A stretch of DNA of 62,976 nucleotides, filler included, from an uncultured Synergistales bacterium (GTDB lineage Bacteria; Synergistota; Synergistia; Synergistales; Aminobacteriaceae): the NCBI GenBank assembly GCA_937897575.1. It is 4 parts of 4 records of this genome, joined end to end, with 100 filler letters (N's around TTAATTAATTAA, not from the genome) between each part and the next. Parts side by side here need not be neighbours in the genome. Positions count along the whole stretch, not along the records: positions 44,766 to 55,747 come from CALCQG010000049.1; positions 55,848 to 62,976 come from CALCQG010000061.1; 2 more parts are not named here. One strand, 5' to 3'. The notes below the pieces were generated by a model. That model saw nothing but the letters and a program-made list of their open reading frames with translations. It was not told the DNA's origin and did not search any database. The position numbers and the translations under genes were made by a program. Positions 52,775 to 62,976 of this stretch are shown one piece after another; within the stretch, counting starts at the first letter, position 1; the number at the start of each line of letters is the position of its first letter.

Positions 52775-53980
52775 GTGATCGTTCAAAAGTACGGCGGTTC
52801 CTCCGTGGCGACGCCCGAGAAGATACGGGGCGTTGCGCGGAAAATCCGGGACAGAGTGGAGCAGGGGCGGAAGGTCATAGTGGTCGTCTCGGCCATGGGC
52901 AAGACGACGAATTCGCTCATCGCCCTTGCGGGCGAGATAGCGGCCGATCCGCCGCCGCGGGAGATGGACATGCTGCTGGCCACGGGAGAGCAGGTGTCCT
53001 CCGCCCTGCTTGCCATGGCCCTTTGCGACCTGAAGGTTCCGGCCGTCTCGTGCAACGCCTTTCAGCTCGGGATGGTGACGACCGGGGGGTACACCAACGC
53101 CCGCATCATGGACCTGAACCTGGAGCGGGTGGAGCGGCTGATGGCCGAGCGAAGCGTCCTCGTGGTCACGGGGTTTCAGGGTGTGACGCCCGACGGCGAT
53201 GTGACGACCCTCGGACGGGGCGGTTCCGATACGTCCGCCGTGGCCATCGCGGCGAAGTGCGGCTGTTCATGCGAGATCTACAGCGACGTGGCGGGCATCT
53301 TCACCTGCGATCCGAATCGGTGCTCCGGCGCCAGGAAGCTCGAGTACATCACCTACGACGAGATGCTCGAACTCTCCTCGCTGGGGGCGAAGGTGCTCCA
53401 CTCGAGGGCCGTGGAGATAGCGAAAAAATACTCCGTCGAACTCTACTGCGGGTCGACGTTCTCCGATGAAAGGGGGACATACGTGGTGCATTCCCTTCCC
53501 GAGTGGCTCGAGCAGCCCGTAGTCACCGGCGTGACGACGGACAATAATCAGATCCGGGTCACCATATCGCGCATGCCGTCGGCCATGGAGGCCATGGGCG
53601 CCCTGTTCCGCGCGCTGGCGGACAAGGGCGTGAACGTGGACATGATCTCCACGGTCATGGAGAACGGACACTCCCACCTCACCTTCACCGTGGTGGATGC
53701 GAAGGAACAGGTGGCCCTCCAAACGGTCCGGGCGTCGCTGGCACCCTGGACGGACTGGTCCGTGTCCGAGGACACGAAAGTGACGAAGGTCTCCGCCGTG
53801 GGCGTGGGCATGAAATCCGCTCCCGGCGTGGCGGCCCGTTTCTTCTCGGCCCTGGCCCGGCAGGGCATCCCCATGCTCGGAACCACCACGTCGGAGATCA
53901 AGATATCGGCCCTGGTCCCGCAGGAGCGTGGCGACGAGGCCCTTCGGGCGCTCGTGGACGAGTTCGGGCTGGGCGAGTAG
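52775..53980 (+). CDS. lysC: Aspartate kinase
   Basis: VQKYGGSS, TLGRGGSDTSA, two ACT domains, TSEIKIS. Confidence 0.96.
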   Translation: MIVQKYGGSSVATPEKIRGVARKIRDRVEQGRKVIVVVSAMGKTTNSLIALAGEIAADPPPREMDMLLATGEQVSSALLAMALCDLKVPAVSCNAFQLGMVTTGGYTNARIMDLNLERVERLMAERSVLVVTGFQGVTPDGDVTTLGRGGSDTSAVAIAAKCGCSCEIYSDVAGIFTCDPNRCSGARKLEYITYDEMLELSSLGAKVLHSRAVEIAKKYSVELYCGSTFSDERGTYVVHSLPEWLEQPVVTGVTTDNNQIRVTISRMPSAMEAMGALFRALADKGVNVDMISTVMENGHSHLTFTVVDAKEQVALQTVRASLAPWTDWSVSEDTKVTKVSAVGVGMKSAPGVAARFFSALARQGIPMLGTTTSEIKISALVPQERGDEALRALVDEFGLGE

Positions 53981-53981
53981 C

Positions 53982-55076
53982 ATGCTTTCGCCCGTCTACT
54001 CACCCTACGCCCTCGTCCCCGAGCGGGCCGAGGGCATAGCGATCCATACGGACAGGGGAGTCTACCTCGACACCTACGCCGGAATCGGGGTCCTTCCCCT
54101 GGGGCACGGCGACGGAGAGGTGCTTCGGGCCATACAAGAGAAGTCGGCGCGCTTCGTCCACCTCTCGAACTACTTCGTCGACCCGGACGGGGCGTGGATG
54201 GCGGAGCAGCTTCTCGCCCAGACCGGCGGAGCGGGGAGCGTCTACTTCTCGAACTCGGGGACCGAGGCCGTCGAGGCGGCCCTGAAGGCCGCAAAGAAGA
54301 GCCGCAAGGGGAGCATCATCTCCTTCGAGGGGGACTTTCACGGCAGAACGCTGGGCGCCCTCTCCGTGACCTGGAGCCCGTCGATCAGGGAACCCTTCGA
54401 ACCTCTGCTGCCCGACTGCGTTCTCCTGCCCCGCCGCGGCGACGCCCTCCGGGCATTCGCCCGGGAAAGAGCCGTCGCTGCCGTGGTCCTGGAGTGCATT
54501 CAGGGCAACAGCGGCGTTCTCCCCATGGACGGGGATCTCGCCGACGCCGTGCAGGCCGTCCAGAGAGAGCAGGGCGCCCTCGTCGTGGCCGATGAGATTC
54601 AGACGGGCCTGGGCCGAACGGGGTCGTTTTTCGCCTACGAACACTTCGGCCTTCGACCGGACATCGTCGCCATGGGAAAGGGGTTGGGGGGCGGACTGCC
54701 CCTCGGGGCCACTCTGTTCTGCGGTTGGGAGCCCTTCGGTCCCGGCGACCACGGCTCGACCTTCGCCCCGAACCCTGTCTCGCTGGCGGCGGGCCGGGCG
54801 GTGCTCCGGCGACTGACGCCCGAGTTCCTACAGGAGGTTGTGCGGAAGGGGGAGGTCCTTGCAAAAGGGCTTTCGGCCCTGCCCTGGGCTCGGTCCGTCC
54901 GCGGTCTCGGCCTCATGATCGGCGTGTCGGCCTCCGACGCCGCGGAGGTGCGGAGGAAGGCCTTCGATCGGCGCGTCCTGCTCAACGTGGCGGGCGGCGC
55001 CGTCCGGTTTCTGCCGGCTCTCACCATCACCGACGCCGAGATCGACGAGGTGGTGCGCCTGCTGGATTTCTCCTGA
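53982..55076 (+). CDS. Class III (ArgD-like) PLP aminotransferase
   Basis: NSGTEAVE, FHGRT, DEIQTGLGRTG, GKGLGGG, HGSTF. Confidence 0.9.
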   Translation: MLSPVYSPYALVPERAEGIAIHTDRGVYLDTYAGIGVLPLGHGDGEVLRAIQEKSARFVHLSNYFVDPDGAWMAEQLLAQTGGAGSVYFSNSGTEAVEAALKAAKKSRKGSIISFEGDFHGRTLGALSVTWSPSIREPFEPLLPDCVLLPRRGDALRAFARERAVAAVVLECIQGNSGVLPMDGDLADAVQAVQREQGALVVADEIQTGLGRTGSFFAYEHFGLRPDIVAMGKGLGGGLPLGATLFCGWEPFGPGDHGSTFAPNPVSLAAGRAVLRRLTPEFLQEVVRKGEVLAKGLSALPWARSVRGLGLMIGVSASDAAEVRRKAFDRRVLLNVAGGAVRFLPALTITDAEIDEVVRLLDFS

Positions 55077-55091
55077 GAGGGGAGTGGGTCG

Positions 55092-55747
55092 TCAGCAGGC
55101 CTCCGGGTCCGACGAGTGCACGGAGAAGCGGAAGCACTCCCTGAATCCCCGCTTCACGTAGAGGGGGTACCCCATGGGGGAGGCCTGAAGGGTCGCGACG
55201 GTGCAGCCGGAACGAACGGCCTCGATGAGGAGCTCGTCCAGGAGAAGGGCCCCCAGCCCTCCGCTTCGGAAGGCCGGCCTGGTGGAGAGGTAGTAGAGCC
55301 CCGCCGTTTGCCCGATGACGGAGAGCAGGCCCGTGGCCGCCGGGGTCCCGTCGACGGAGAGGGTCATCAGACGGAAGAAACGGGGGAGGGGCGGGCGAAC
55401 GTGCTCCGCGGCAAAGGCCGAGAAGGCGGCCCCATGGCCCGGGTCCGACCCGAACCCCTCGAGGGAGGCGGTCGCCCAGCGTTTCGCCTCCTCCGGTGAT
55501 CGGACGCGCAGGATCTCCGCTCCCGACGGCAAAGGAGGCTTTTGGAGCGGGGCACCGGTCAGCGCCAAGGCCATGCCCTGCGGCGCGCACCGAGGAAGAA
55601 GCCCTTCGGATGAGAGAAAGACCTCCAGGATATCGTCCGCCGCCGAAGGGACGGTCCACCATGTGAAGGTGGTGCGAAGCGCCGCGAAAAAGTCCGCAAC
55701 GCGCCGGACGGCCCCGGCGACGTCACCCGCCGGCCGGCCGAGGACGT
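55092..55747 (-). CDS. GNAT-family acetyltransferase (5' end lost in the gap)
   Basis: STRPAFRSGGLG, LQASPMGYPLYVKRGF; frame open to the contig edge. Confidence 0.85.
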
Positions 55748-55847
55748 NNNNNNNNNNNNNNNNNNNNNNNNNNNNNNNNNNNNNNNNNNNNTTAATTAAT
55801 TAANNNNNNNNNNNNNNNNNNNNNNNNNNNNNNNNNNNNNNNNNNNN
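55748..55847. other. Artificial contig-join spacer
   Basis: N-run / TTAATTAATTAA / N-run. Confidence 0.98.
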
Positions 55848-57889
55848 AAAAAAAGGCCATAGCCACCCCGTCGGGTACGGCGTTCGATATCCTGGAGAGC
55901 CGGCGGGAGGACGAACAGTCCGTCCTCATCCCGCCCGACCTCGCCACCTGCGACGACTGCCTCGCCGAGATGACCGACCCATCGGACCGGCGATACCGAT
56001 ACCCCTTCATCAACTGCACGAACTGCGGGCCCAGGTACACGATCATCCGGGCGCTGCCATACGACCGGCCCAAGACGACCATGGCGCCCTTCCCCATGTG
56101 TCCGGCGTGCCGAAAGGAGTACGAGGACCATGCCGACCGGCGTTTCCACGCCCAGCCGAACGCCTGTTTCGACTGCGGACCGTCGCTGTGGCTCACCGAT
56201 CCGGCGGGGCAGGCGACGGCGCGAGGGCAGGGGGCCGTCGAACGGTGTTCCCGACTCCTCGACGAGGGGAAAATCGTGGCCGTCAAGGGGATCGGCGGCT
56301 TCCACATCGCCTGCTCCCCCTTCCGGGAGGACGTGGTCGCGACGCTTCGCCGGCGAAAACGCCGGCCGGACAAGCCCTTCGCCGTCATGGTGCCCTCCCT
56401 CGGCGAGGCGGAGCGGCTGGTCCATCTGCCGGCCGTGGCGCGAAAACTCCTGAGCTCCCCGCAGAGGCCCGTGGTGCTCTGCTGCGAAAGAAGCCCGAGC
56501 CCCATCGCCCGGGGGATCGCCCCGGGACAGCGAAGCCTCGGGATCATGCTCCCCTATTCGCCGATCCACCACCTGCTCCTCGCCGGGACGTCCGCCCTCG
56601 TGATGACGAGCGCGAACTTCTCCGACGCTCCCATCGTCTCGGGAAACGACGAGGCCCTGGATTCCCTGAGGGAGATCGTGGACTTCATCCTCTTCTCCGA
56701 CCGCGACATCCACATGCCCATCGACGACTCAGTCGCCGTTCCCTTCGGCAGGACCTTCTTCCTCACCCGGCGGGCACGGGGGTACACACCCATCCCCATG
56801 GCCGTGAAGGGCGACGTGCCCGTACTGTTCGGCGCAGGGGCGGAGATGAAGGGGTCCTTCTGCATCGCCCGGGGGAACCTCCTCTTCCCGGGGCAGTACC
56901 TCGGCGACATGAAGCAGCGGGGGACGGCGGTGTACTACAACCGGGCGATCGACCACTTTCTCTCCCTCTACAACCTCAGGCCCGAGTACCTCGTGCACGA
57001 CATGCACCCCCAGTTCATCCCCACGGCCCTGGCGATGAAAAAACTCGCCGGGACGTACAGGGAGACTCTGGCCGTCCAGCATCACCACGCCCATTTTGCC
57101 GCCTGCCTCCTCGAAAACGGGCACGACGGGCAGGCCATCGGCGTCCTGTTCGACGGGACGGGCTACGGGCCCGACGGGACGATCTGGGGCGGCGAATTTT
57201 TCGTGGGGGATGCATCGGGGTACCGCCGCCTCGGCCATCTGTTCCCGTCCCGCCTTCCCGGGGGAGACGCCTCGGTCCGGGAGCCCTGGCGGTATGCTCT
57301 CGCCCTGTTGAGCGAGGCCTTCGGCGAGGAGGCCTCGGCCCTGGGACTTTCCCTCTGGCCCGAGGAGGCGGAGCGGATTCACCAGATCCTGTCCCTCCTC
57401 CCCTCCTCGCCCGTGACGACATCCTGCGGCCGTCTCTTCGACGGAGCGGCGGCCCTGCTCGGCATCGGCGCGACGGTCTCCTACGACGGGCAGGCCGCCA
57501 TGGAGCTGGAGGGCGTCGCATGGGGACAGCTCGAAGCGCCCTTCCTCGTAGAGGAACGCGATGCCGTGCTCCTGCTCGACTGGCGCCCCGCCGTACGGTG
57601 GCTTCTTGAGGAGCGGCAACGGCTGTCCGTTGCCGAGCTGGCGGGCGGCATCCACCGCGGGCTCGCCCGGGGGGTCCTCGAGGTCTGCCGGAGGATCAGA
57701 GAGCGGACGGGGCTAGAGACGGTGGCCCTCTCGGGCGGCGTTTGGCAGAACAGAAGGCTGCTGGCCGAGACGGTCCTCAGGCTCCGAAGGGACGGGTTCA
57801 CGCCGCTTCTCCATCGGCTCGTCCCGCCGAACGACGAGTGTGTCTCCGTCGGGCAGGTGGCCGTCGGCGCGTCCCGCTGGCGACGATAA
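55848..57889 (+). CDS. hypF: Hydrogenase maturation carbamoyltransferase HypF (N-terminus lost in the gap)
   Basis: PPDLATCDDC, YPFINCTNCGPR, RFHAQP, KGIGGFH, QHHHAH, DGTGYG, PPND. Confidence 0.96.
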
Positions 57890-57918
57890 AACGGGACGGG
57901 TCGTTACGACCCGTCCCG
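57888..57918 (-). terminator. Terminator between convergent hypF and purB
   Basis: CGGGACGGGTCG-TAA-CGACCCGTCCCG-TTTT on the minus strand. Confidence 0.8.
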
Positions 57919-57959
57919 CGAAAAGATTCGGCGTCGCACCGTACGACGCTTTTTCGCCC

Positions 57960-59276
57960 TTATGAAGACCGCTCTGCGGAGTCTTCCGCGAACCGGGAGA
58001 AGACCTCGTCCACCCATCGGACGTAGTAGGTCGGGTCGAAGAGACGGGCGATATCCTCCCCGGAGAGGCGGGACGAGATCCGGACGTCCGCCTGGAGCAG
58101 CTCCGAGAAGGGGATTTTTTCTCTCCAGCACTTCATGGCGTTCTCCTGAACGACGGAGTACGCCTCCTCCCGGGAGAGCCCGAAGTGCGTCACGAGCTCG
58201 AGAAGCACCCTCTGACTGTAGACGAGCCCCTGCGTCCGTTCGAGGTTCTCCAGCATTTGCGAGGGGTCGACGACCATACGCTCCACGATCCCCGTCATCT
58301 TCTCCAGCATGTAGCAGATCAGATGGAAGGCGTCGGGCCAGATCACCCGTTCCGCCGAGGAGTGGCTGATGTCCCGTTCGTGCCAGAGGGCGATGTTCTC
58401 CATGGCCGTCAGGGCATAGCCCCGAAGGAGGCGGCTCATGCCCGATATCCGCTCGCACAGAATGGGGTTGCGCTTGTGGGGCATGGCGCTCGAGCCCTTC
58501 TGTCGCGATCCGAAGGGTTCCAGGGCCTCCATGACCTCCGTCCTCTGGAGGTGCCGTATCTCCGTGGCGAAGCGGTCGAGTCCGCTTCCGAGGAGGGCGA
58601 GGGCGTTCATCAGATTGCTGTGCCGGTCCCTCTGGAGGATCTGCGTCGAAACCTTGGCCGCCGTGAGCCCCAGCAGCTCGCACACCCTCCGCTCGATGGA
58701 GGGGTCGCAGAAGGCGTAGGTCCCCACGGCGCCCGAGATCTTGCCGTAGGCGGTCTGCCTGAGGGCCAGAGCGAGGCGCTCCCTGTCGCGCTGCAGCTCG
58801 TAGTGCCAGTTGAGGAGCTTCAATCCGAAGGTCATGGGCTCCCCGTGGATGCCGTGGGTCCGTCCGACGCAGGGCGTGTATTTGAACTCCTCCGCCCGCT
58901 TCATGACGGCCTCCATGAGCACGGAGACCTTTCTGTCCACGATCTCGAGGGAGCGCTTCAGGGAGAGGGACGAGGCCGTATCGATCACGTCGCTGCTCGT
59001 CAGCCCGAGGTGCACATACCGCCCGTTCTCCCCGATCTTCTCCGCCACGGAGGAGACGAAGGCGATGACGTCGTGCTGGACGTCCCGTTCGATCTCGTTG
59101 ATCCTGTCCACGTCGAAGCCCGCCTTCTCGAGGATGTCCTCGAAGGCCTTCTCGGGGATGACGCCCTTCTCCATCCACGCCCTGCATACGGCGAGCTCCA
59201 CCTCGAGCCACGCGCCAAACCGGTTCTCCTCGTCCCAGATGGCCGACATCTCGGCCGTCTGATATCGTTCGATCAT
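57960..59276 (-). CDS. purB: Adenylosuccinate lyase
   Basis: MIERY, HLGLTSSD, GRTHGIH, GSSAMPHKRNP. Confidence 0.97.
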   Translation of the reverse strand: MIERYQTAEMSAIWDEENRFGAWLEVELAVCRAWMEKGVIPEKAFEDILEKAGFDVDRINEIERDVQHDVIAFVSSVAEKIGENGRYVHLGLTSSDVIDTASSLSLKRSLEIVDRKVSVLMEAVMKRAEEFKYTPCVGRTHGIHGEPMTFGLKLLNWHYELQRDRERLALALRQTAYGKISGAVGTYAFCDPSIERRVCELLGLTAAKVSTQILQRDRHSNLMNALALLGSGLDRFATEIRHLQRTEVMEALEPFGSRQKGSSAMPHKRNPILCERISGMSRLLRGYALTAMENIALWHERDISHSSAERVIWPDAFHLICYMLEKMTGIVERMVVDPSQMLENLERTQGLVYSQRVLLELVTHFGLSREEAYSVVQENAMKCWREKIPFSELLQADVRISSRLSGEDIARLFDPTYYVRWVDEVFSRFAEDSAERSS

Positions 59277-59851
59277 CGTCCCGTCCTCCTTGTTGTGCCC
59301 GTCTCGCAAAGCCACCGTTCCCGCACGACGGAGAGAAAGGGGTCGTACTGCCCCGTCGCGAAGTCGGGAAACGTGTAGTCAAAGGGCTCCCATCTCTTGA
59401 ACCGGTACCGCATGGTCACCTCGCCGTAGATGCCCCTTCCCAGGTAGATCCTGTGGGCATGATCCTTCGTGGAGGCGAGGACGAGCCTGGCGCCGTTCAC
59501 GTACCCCGGGTCGATGTTCACCGCTCTCGGCGTCCGGCTCTCCCCTTCGATGACGCAGCTCGTCCTCTTCCAGTCCACGAGGCCGCCAGCGTCGCGAAGC
59601 CCCGTGAAGGAGAGGAAACGGCGATAGAGGACGGGCGCTATGTCCGCGTAGTAGTCCGTGAGGGTGAAGGGGAAGACGTCGCTGATCGCCTCGACGGCCC
59701 CCCATGAGCGGGAGAGGGCCTCCGCGGTCCACAGCCATCGCTCCTTGTCGGGGTACAGGACGCCTGCAATCAGTTTTACGGGGCAAAGGTGGGGGACGTC
59801 CGTTCCTCTGTCCCCCGCCGCCTCATCGAAGCGCGCTTCGCCGGGTGCCAT
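59273..59851 (-). CDS. DUF4416 family protein
   Basis: TDYY, RAVNIDPGY, LASTKDHAHRIYLGRGIY, YTFPDF. Confidence 0.85.
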   Translation of the reverse strand: MAPGEARFDEAAGDRGTDVPHLCPVKLIAGVLYPDKERWLWTAEALSRSWGAVEAISDVFPFTLTDYYADIAPVLYRRFLSFTGLRDAGGLVDWKRTSCVIEGESRTPRAVNIDPGYVNGARLVLASTKDHAHRIYLGRGIYGEVTMRYRFKRWEPFDYTFPDFATGQYDPFLSVVRERWLCETGTTRRTGR

Positions 59852-59855
59852 GGCG

Positions 59856-60800
59856 TCACGCCTTCGAAGGGTCATCGGCCTCGAGAAGCGCCCGGATGAA
59901 CTCGCCGGCCTCGAAGGGGCGGAGGTCCTCCGCGCCCTCGCCGAGGCCGACGTATCGGACGGGGATCTTCAGAGAGTCCGCTATGGCGAGCAGAATGCCC
60001 CCCTTGGCCGTGTTGTCGTACTTCGACAGCACGATCCCGCTCAGAGGGAAGACGCCGTTGAACGTCTCGGCCTGAGCCAATCCGTTCTGTCCCATGACCG
60101 CGTCGAGCACGAGGAGGACCTCCAGCCGGGCGTCGCCCCGCTCCCGCTCCAGGACACGATACATCTTTCCGAGCTCCTCCATGAGGTTATGTTTCGAGTG
60201 GAGACGCCCCGCGGTATCGATGACCAGGGCCTCGGCTCCCGATGCCCTGGCTGCCTGGAGGGCGTCGTAGACCACTGCTGCGGCGTCGCTGCCCTGCTGT
60301 TGGGCGACGACCCGGACCCCGGCCCGATCGCCCCAGACTTGGAGCTGGTCTATGGCGGCGGCCCGAAAGGTGTCGGCCGCCGCGAGCAGGACGTCGTACC
60401 CGTCCTTCGTCCATTGGAAGGCGAGCTTCCCCGCCGTGGTGGTCTTGCCGCTCCCATTGACGCCGACGAAGACGAGGACGGTCAGCTCTCCTTTTTTCAG
60501 GGTGACCGGCTCCCCCATCAGGGGGATGGCCGACAGCTGGGACACCATCATCTCCTCGAACAGAGGAAGAAGCTGTTCGGGCGAGGAGAGCCCCTTCGCT
60601 CCAGCCTCCTTCTTAAGGGCGTCCACGTAACGAAGGGAGAGGTCGACGCCCACGTCGCCCCCGATCAGGAGCTCCTCGAGGCGGTCCCAGAAGGCGGCGT
60701 CCGTCGTCTTGCCGGAGAAGAGGGCCGAAAGGCCGCCGCTCCAGCGTTGTCGGACGCCATGAAGTCCCTCGCGAAGTCTGCGAAAAAACACTGCCCTCAC
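59856..60800 (-). CDS. ftsY: SRP receptor FtsY (no acidic N-domain)
   Basis: [28 protein letters not shown]. Confidence 0.96.
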   Translation of the reverse strand: MRAVFFRRLREGLHGVRQRWSGGLSALFSGKTTDAAFWDRLEELLIGGDVGVDLSLRYVDALKKEAGAKGLSSPEQLLPLFEEMMVSQLSAIPLMGEPVTLKKGELTVLVFVGVNGSGKTTTAGKLAFQWTKDGYDVLLAAADTFRAAAIDQLQVWGDRAGVRVVAQQQGSDAAAVVYDALQAARASGAEALVIDTAGRLHSKHNLMEELGKMYRVLERERGDARLEVLLVLDAVMGQNGLAQAETFNGVFPLSGIVLSKYDNTAKGGILLAIADSLKIPVRYVGLGEGAEDLRPFEAGEFIRALLEADDPSKA

Positions 60801-62116
60801 CTCCCGTCGGGCTCGTGGTGCTCTCCGCCCGAAGGGGCCGCCTCTCTCGTCTCTTTCCGGTGAGGACGGCGACGCCTCGAACCGGAGGACCGCTTCTGTC
60901 CGCCCTTCTTTTCGTCGTCGGCGCGCTTCACGGGCTCTCCGGTCTGCTGTTCTGCGGCATCGGGGGCGGACTGCGCCGCTTGGGCCGGGTTTTTCCGAGG
61001 TTGGCTCTTCTTTCTCCGCTTCTTCTTTTTCGCCGGCATCTCCGACGGCTGCGATTCAGCAGCGCCGCCCTCCTGAGGCGGTGCCGAGGCCTCTTTCCTG
61101 CCCGATGGCTGTGCCCCCTTCACGTCCCGGGAGAGCGCGCTCTGAGCCCGTCCCTGTCCGTCGCTCCGCCTCCTCCTCTGGGGCCAGGAGCCGTCGGGCG
61201 AATTTTTCTGGGCCTGGGGCGAGGCGTCCTCCTCCCAGGGTTTGCCCTCCAGGACGGTCTCCTTGAAGCGGGGGAAGTCCTCGATCTTCACGAGGACGGA
61301 CTTTCCTCCCGGGCAGCGGACTCGGACCGCTTCGGCGGAGAGGTCCATCCCGTCGAGGATATAGGTGCCGTCGGGCGAGCGGATCTTCGATCCGGGGTTC
61401 GGAAGGGACTTCCAGAGCTTGCCGTACAGGGTGTGCTCGAAGGACATGCAGCACATGAGGCGGCCGCAGATGCCCGAGATCTTCGTCGGGTTCAGCGCCA
61501 GGTTCTGCTCCTTCACCATCTTGATGCAGATGGGCGTGAAGCGGTGCAGCCAATAGCTGCAACAGCAGACCTCCCCGCAGGGCCCCAGCCCCCGGATCGT
61601 CTTGGCCTCGTCGCGAACCCCTATCTGACGCAGCTCGATCCTGGTCTTGAACTCCTTCGCCAGGTCCCGGACGTAGGCACGGAAGTCCACCCGCTGCTCC
61701 GACGTAAAGTAGAAGAACAGCTTCTTCTTGTCGAGGATGAACTCCACGTCGACCAGCTTCATGGAGAGGTCGTGCTCCCTCAGGATGTTTCTGGCCGAGA
61801 GGAGGACGGCATTCTCCTCTTCGCGGCACTTTTCAGCCTCCATGTGGTCCTCGGCTCCGCTCTTCCGGACGAAGGTGACCTCCTGGAGGGCGGGCTCGCC
61901 TCCCTTGATGTGCCCGTCGGAGGAGTCGTCGCGGCAGGAGATCCGGTATCGCTGCTCCTGCTCCGTCGAAAGCGCCCCGCCAAGAAGGGCGAGTTCGTGC
62001 CCTCGCATGGTCTCCACGACGATCCATTCGCCTCGTGCGAGGTCCGGGGCGTCGCAGTTCATGAGCCCGAGATATCGGGGCTTACCAAATATCGTCAAAT
62101 ACATGCTCAAAAGCAA
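60797..62116 (-). CDS. PSP1/YaaT (RicT)-family protein with a long basic low-complexity tail
   Basis: RVDFR..RIELRQIGVRDEAK, GPCGEVCCC, KISGICGRLMCC. Confidence 0.92.
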   Translation of the reverse strand: MLLSMYLTIFGKPRYLGLMNCDAPDLARGEWIVVETMRGHELALLGGALSTEQEQRYRISCRDDSSDGHIKGGEPALQEVTFVRKSGAEDHMEAEKCREEENAVLLSARNILREHDLSMKLVDVEFILDKKKLFFYFTSEQRVDFRAYVRDLAKEFKTRIELRQIGVRDEAKTIRGLGPCGEVCCCSYWLHRFTPICIKMVKEQNLALNPTKISGICGRLMCCMSFEHTLYGKLWKSLPNPGSKIRSPDGTYILDGMDLSAEAVRVRCPGGKSVLVKIEDFPRFKETVLEGKPWEEDASPQAQKNSPDGSWPQRRRRSDGQGRAQSALSRDVKGAQPSGRKEASAPPQEGGAAESQPSEMPAKKKKRRKKSQPRKNPAQAAQSAPDAAEQQTGEPVKRADDEKKGGQKRSSGSRRRRPHRKETREAAPSGGEHHEPDGR

Positions 62117-62921
62117 TACCCTCCTTGAGAGCCCACACGATCAGATCAAAGGACATCGTCTGAGACAGTCTCCCTGTTTTGAGGAGCATCCTGAGGCGGT
62201 CGAGCCGAGCGGCCGCCTCGGGGTGTCCATTCTCCACTTCATGGCGGATCCAGGGGGCGAACTGGGCGACCAGGCCGTCGACCTCCGTGTCCGCGTTCTT
62301 CTCCATCCAGTATATCCACTCCTCGGCCGTGGAGGGTGGGGGGAGCGCCGCAGCTCTCTCTGCCGGCTGAAGGGAGATCGTCCAGGCGCGGCTTCGGATG
62401 GTGGGCAGGAGAAGGTCCGGGTTCGAGAGCAGAAAGATGCTGTAGGCATACTCCTGGGGTTCCTCGGCCATTTTGAGGACGCTGTTCGCGGCGGGAAGAG
62501 CCATTCTGTCCGCCGCGAAAAAGACGGCCACCTTTCTTGCGGCGAGCACCGGCCGGTAAGCCGTCCACCGGATGATCTCCCTGCACGCGTCAATTGTGGG
62601 TGGTGTCCCGACGGTTCCGCCCTGCATGAGGTCCGGATGCCCCCCCTCGGTCCACCCTGCGCAGGATGGGCAGTCGTCACCGCCTCGCCCCTCCCGGCAG
62701 AGGAGCATGGACGCTACGGCCGCAGCGGTGGCCTCATGTTCCTCTTCGGGCGCGGCGATCGCGACGCACTGGGGAAAGTGACCGGCGTGGACGAGGTCAC
62801 GCAGACGGCGCCACCCCGCCCTGTCGTCCGCAGGCGTGCCGCAGGAAAGCGTGCGGGGGGCTCCGTCACGCGGAAGCGGGGTCTTTTTTGTTGTTCCGTC
62901 CCCTCTCCCCTCTCCCGTCAT
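62082..62921 (-). CDS. holB: DNA polymerase III delta' subunit (divergent)
   Basis: CPSC..GHPDL, AANSVLKMAEEP, LLPTIRSR; upstream of the PSP1 gene. Confidence 0.85.
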   Translation of the reverse strand: MTGEGRGDGTTKKTPLPRDGAPRTLSCGTPADDRAGWRRLRDLVHAGHFPQCVAIAAPEEEHEATAAAVASMLLCREGRGGDDCPSCAGWTEGGHPDLMQGGTVGTPPTIDACREIIRWTAYRPVLAARKVAVFFAADRMALPAANSVLKMAEEPQEYAYSIFLLSNPDLLLPTIRSRAWTISLQPAERAAALPPPSTAEEWIYWMEKNADTEVDGLVAQFAPWIRHEVENGHPEAAARLDRLRMLLKTGRLSQTMSFDLIVWALKEGIAFEHVFDDIW

Positions 62922-62976
62922 GACCGTCCCCGGTCCGCCTGAGCGGGACGCTTTGCGCGCACAAGAGCATATATCT
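62918..62976 (-). CDS. 3' end of the upstream gene (possibly the tmk C-terminus)
   Basis: Open frame IYALVRAKRPAQADRGRS* whose TGA overlaps the holB ATG (ATGA). Confidence 0.45.
   Translation of the reverse strand, partial: IYALVRAKRPAQADRGRS

Overview
High-GC bacterial DNA, most likely Synergistota (inferred from gene order and protein families). It comes from a draft assembly: four contigs are joined by artificial 100-nt N/TTAATTAATTAA spacers (30309-30408, 44666-44765, 55748-55847), so neighbourhoods across the spacers are not real. Content is mostly housekeeping. Contig 1: pheST, a PglL/O-antigen-ligase-like membrane protein, rpsF-ssb-rpsR-yybS-rplI-dnaB, argS, secA, pgsA, a DUF3798-type ABC importer, livKHMGF, nrdR, rpsU, mtaB. 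Contig 2: plsX-fabH-fabK-fabD-fabG-acpP-fabF-rnc, birA-selD-MFS, prfB, an S55 peptidase, tmk. Contig 3: two orphan ORFs, a Pst-like ABC system and a dap/lysC operon. Contig 4: hypF and holB-PSP1-ftsY-DUF4416-purB. Signals the ORF track misses: (1) a complete T-box riboswitch with a Lys specifier in front of the lysine/DAP biosynthesis operon, which is the best candidate for something unusual; (2) selD with an in-frame UGA and a SECIS hairpin; (3) the prfB CTT-TGA-C programmed frameshift; (4) an in-frame amber codon splitting pheT; (5) a perfect 47-bp inverted duplication inside argS; (6) deletion/frameshift lesions in dapB and an ABC ATPase. Items 4-6 may be assembly or amplification artefacts. 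No CRISPR array, rRNA, tRNA or mobile element was recognised.
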